NCBI GenBank assembly: GCA_010909165.1
Contig: MU008156.1
Location: forward strand, 248,001 to 312,000
Direction: 5' to 3'
Source: Anthoceros angustus
Taxonomy: Eukaryota > Plantae > Anthocerotophyta
Length of the DNA: 64,000 nucleotides
The stretch's first letter is position 1. Every line of letters begins with the position of its first letter. Positions 63,601 through 64,000 of the stretch are shown here, one piece after another. Made by a program: the position numbers and the translations under genes. The notes beneath the pieces were generated by a model. That model made no database searches, was not told the origin of the DNA, and saw only the letters and a program-made list of their open reading frames with translations.

Positions 63601-63790
63601 CTGCCCCTCTTCCTCGTCCGCAAGTGTGATCTCCGTGCGCTCTCGTAACTCTGCAATCTTGCTTGGCGTTGCCGTCTTGCGAGCGTTTCCCCATCGGATC
63701 GATCGCTTGTCTCCACGAGGCATCCATCAATCTAGTAATGCTAGACTCTCGTAAGCTATGGTTAGTCCTTCCTCGTCCTTGGATTCCATT

Positions 63791-63805
63791 CCCGCAGCGG
63801 CGCCA
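63791..63805 (-). promoter_or_regulatory. Primer-binding site TGGCGCCGCTGCGGG
   Basis: 3 nt (TTT) downstream of the 5' LTR end (...CTCCACA); resembles the TGGCGCCGTTGCCGGGGA PBS known from Athila-type elements. Confidence 0.8.
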
Positions 63806-64000
63806 AAATGTGGAGTGTGGATTCGTGTCCGGGGACACCGTGAGGTCCACATTCACCCTCAATGTCGTTGTAGGCTTAGGATTCGCTCCCAAGGGAATGG
63901 TTTGTGCCAGGCGCTAACTTCTATCTTGACCTTCACCTAAGTCAAGACTTACTGTACTCCTCTTACCTATCTACTCAACCACTACTACTCCCGACTTGTC

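Larger units (their letters stand above)
54131..64000 (-). mobile_element. Near full-length non-chromoviral Ty3/gypsy element (Athila/Phygy/Selgy-like): 5' LTR from 63809, PBS, gag (about 63400-62240), PR (about 61300-61050), RT (about 60400-59700), RNase H (about 59650-59270), INT (about 58950-57924), accessory ORF, 3' LTR ending 54131
   Basis: PR LDSGRVNIM; RT KDHYPLPFID and MPFG; RH FHVFVDAS..YTTTEREALGMVYSV; INT PFEKWGIDFVGPI and VNGWRVKKYY; gypsy domain order; matching LTR termini at 54131 and 63809; no chromodomain seen. The inner boundary of the 3' LTR is unresolved (about 54.7-55.5 kb). Confidence 0.93.

Overview
Eukaryotic, land-plant nuclear DNA that is mostly nested LTR retrotransposons. 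The short introns (about 80-150 bp) and GC-rich exons suggest a bryophyte- or lycophyte-like genome (inference). Three host genes are recognisable: a 6-exon U2AF35 splicing factor (10510-11925, minus, intact), an intronless DUF716/TMEM45-like membrane protein (16866-17857) and a SKOR/GORK-type outward-rectifying Shaker K+ channel with at least 13 exons (about 21342-25700, minus). There is also a RUB/NEDD8 pseudogene fragment and a truncated second U2AF35 copy. Mobile DNA comprises several Ty1/copia pieces (one with an antisense AT-hook ORF and a 256-bp LTR) and a near-complete non-chromoviral Ty3/gypsy element (54131 to window end, minus). The best novelty candidate is a long sense-strand accessory ORF between integrase and the 3' LTR of that gypsy element; two diverged relatives at 33-35 kb and 41-43 kb keep the same peptide motifs. 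Main caveat: six head-to-tail duplications of 0.3-3 kb whose copies differ by scattered 1-3 nt indels, plus single-base homopolymer losses in otherwise intact genes, point to an under-polished long-read assembly. Frameshifts and copy numbers should not be trusted without reads. Coordinates were read by eye; repeat boundaries are approximate.
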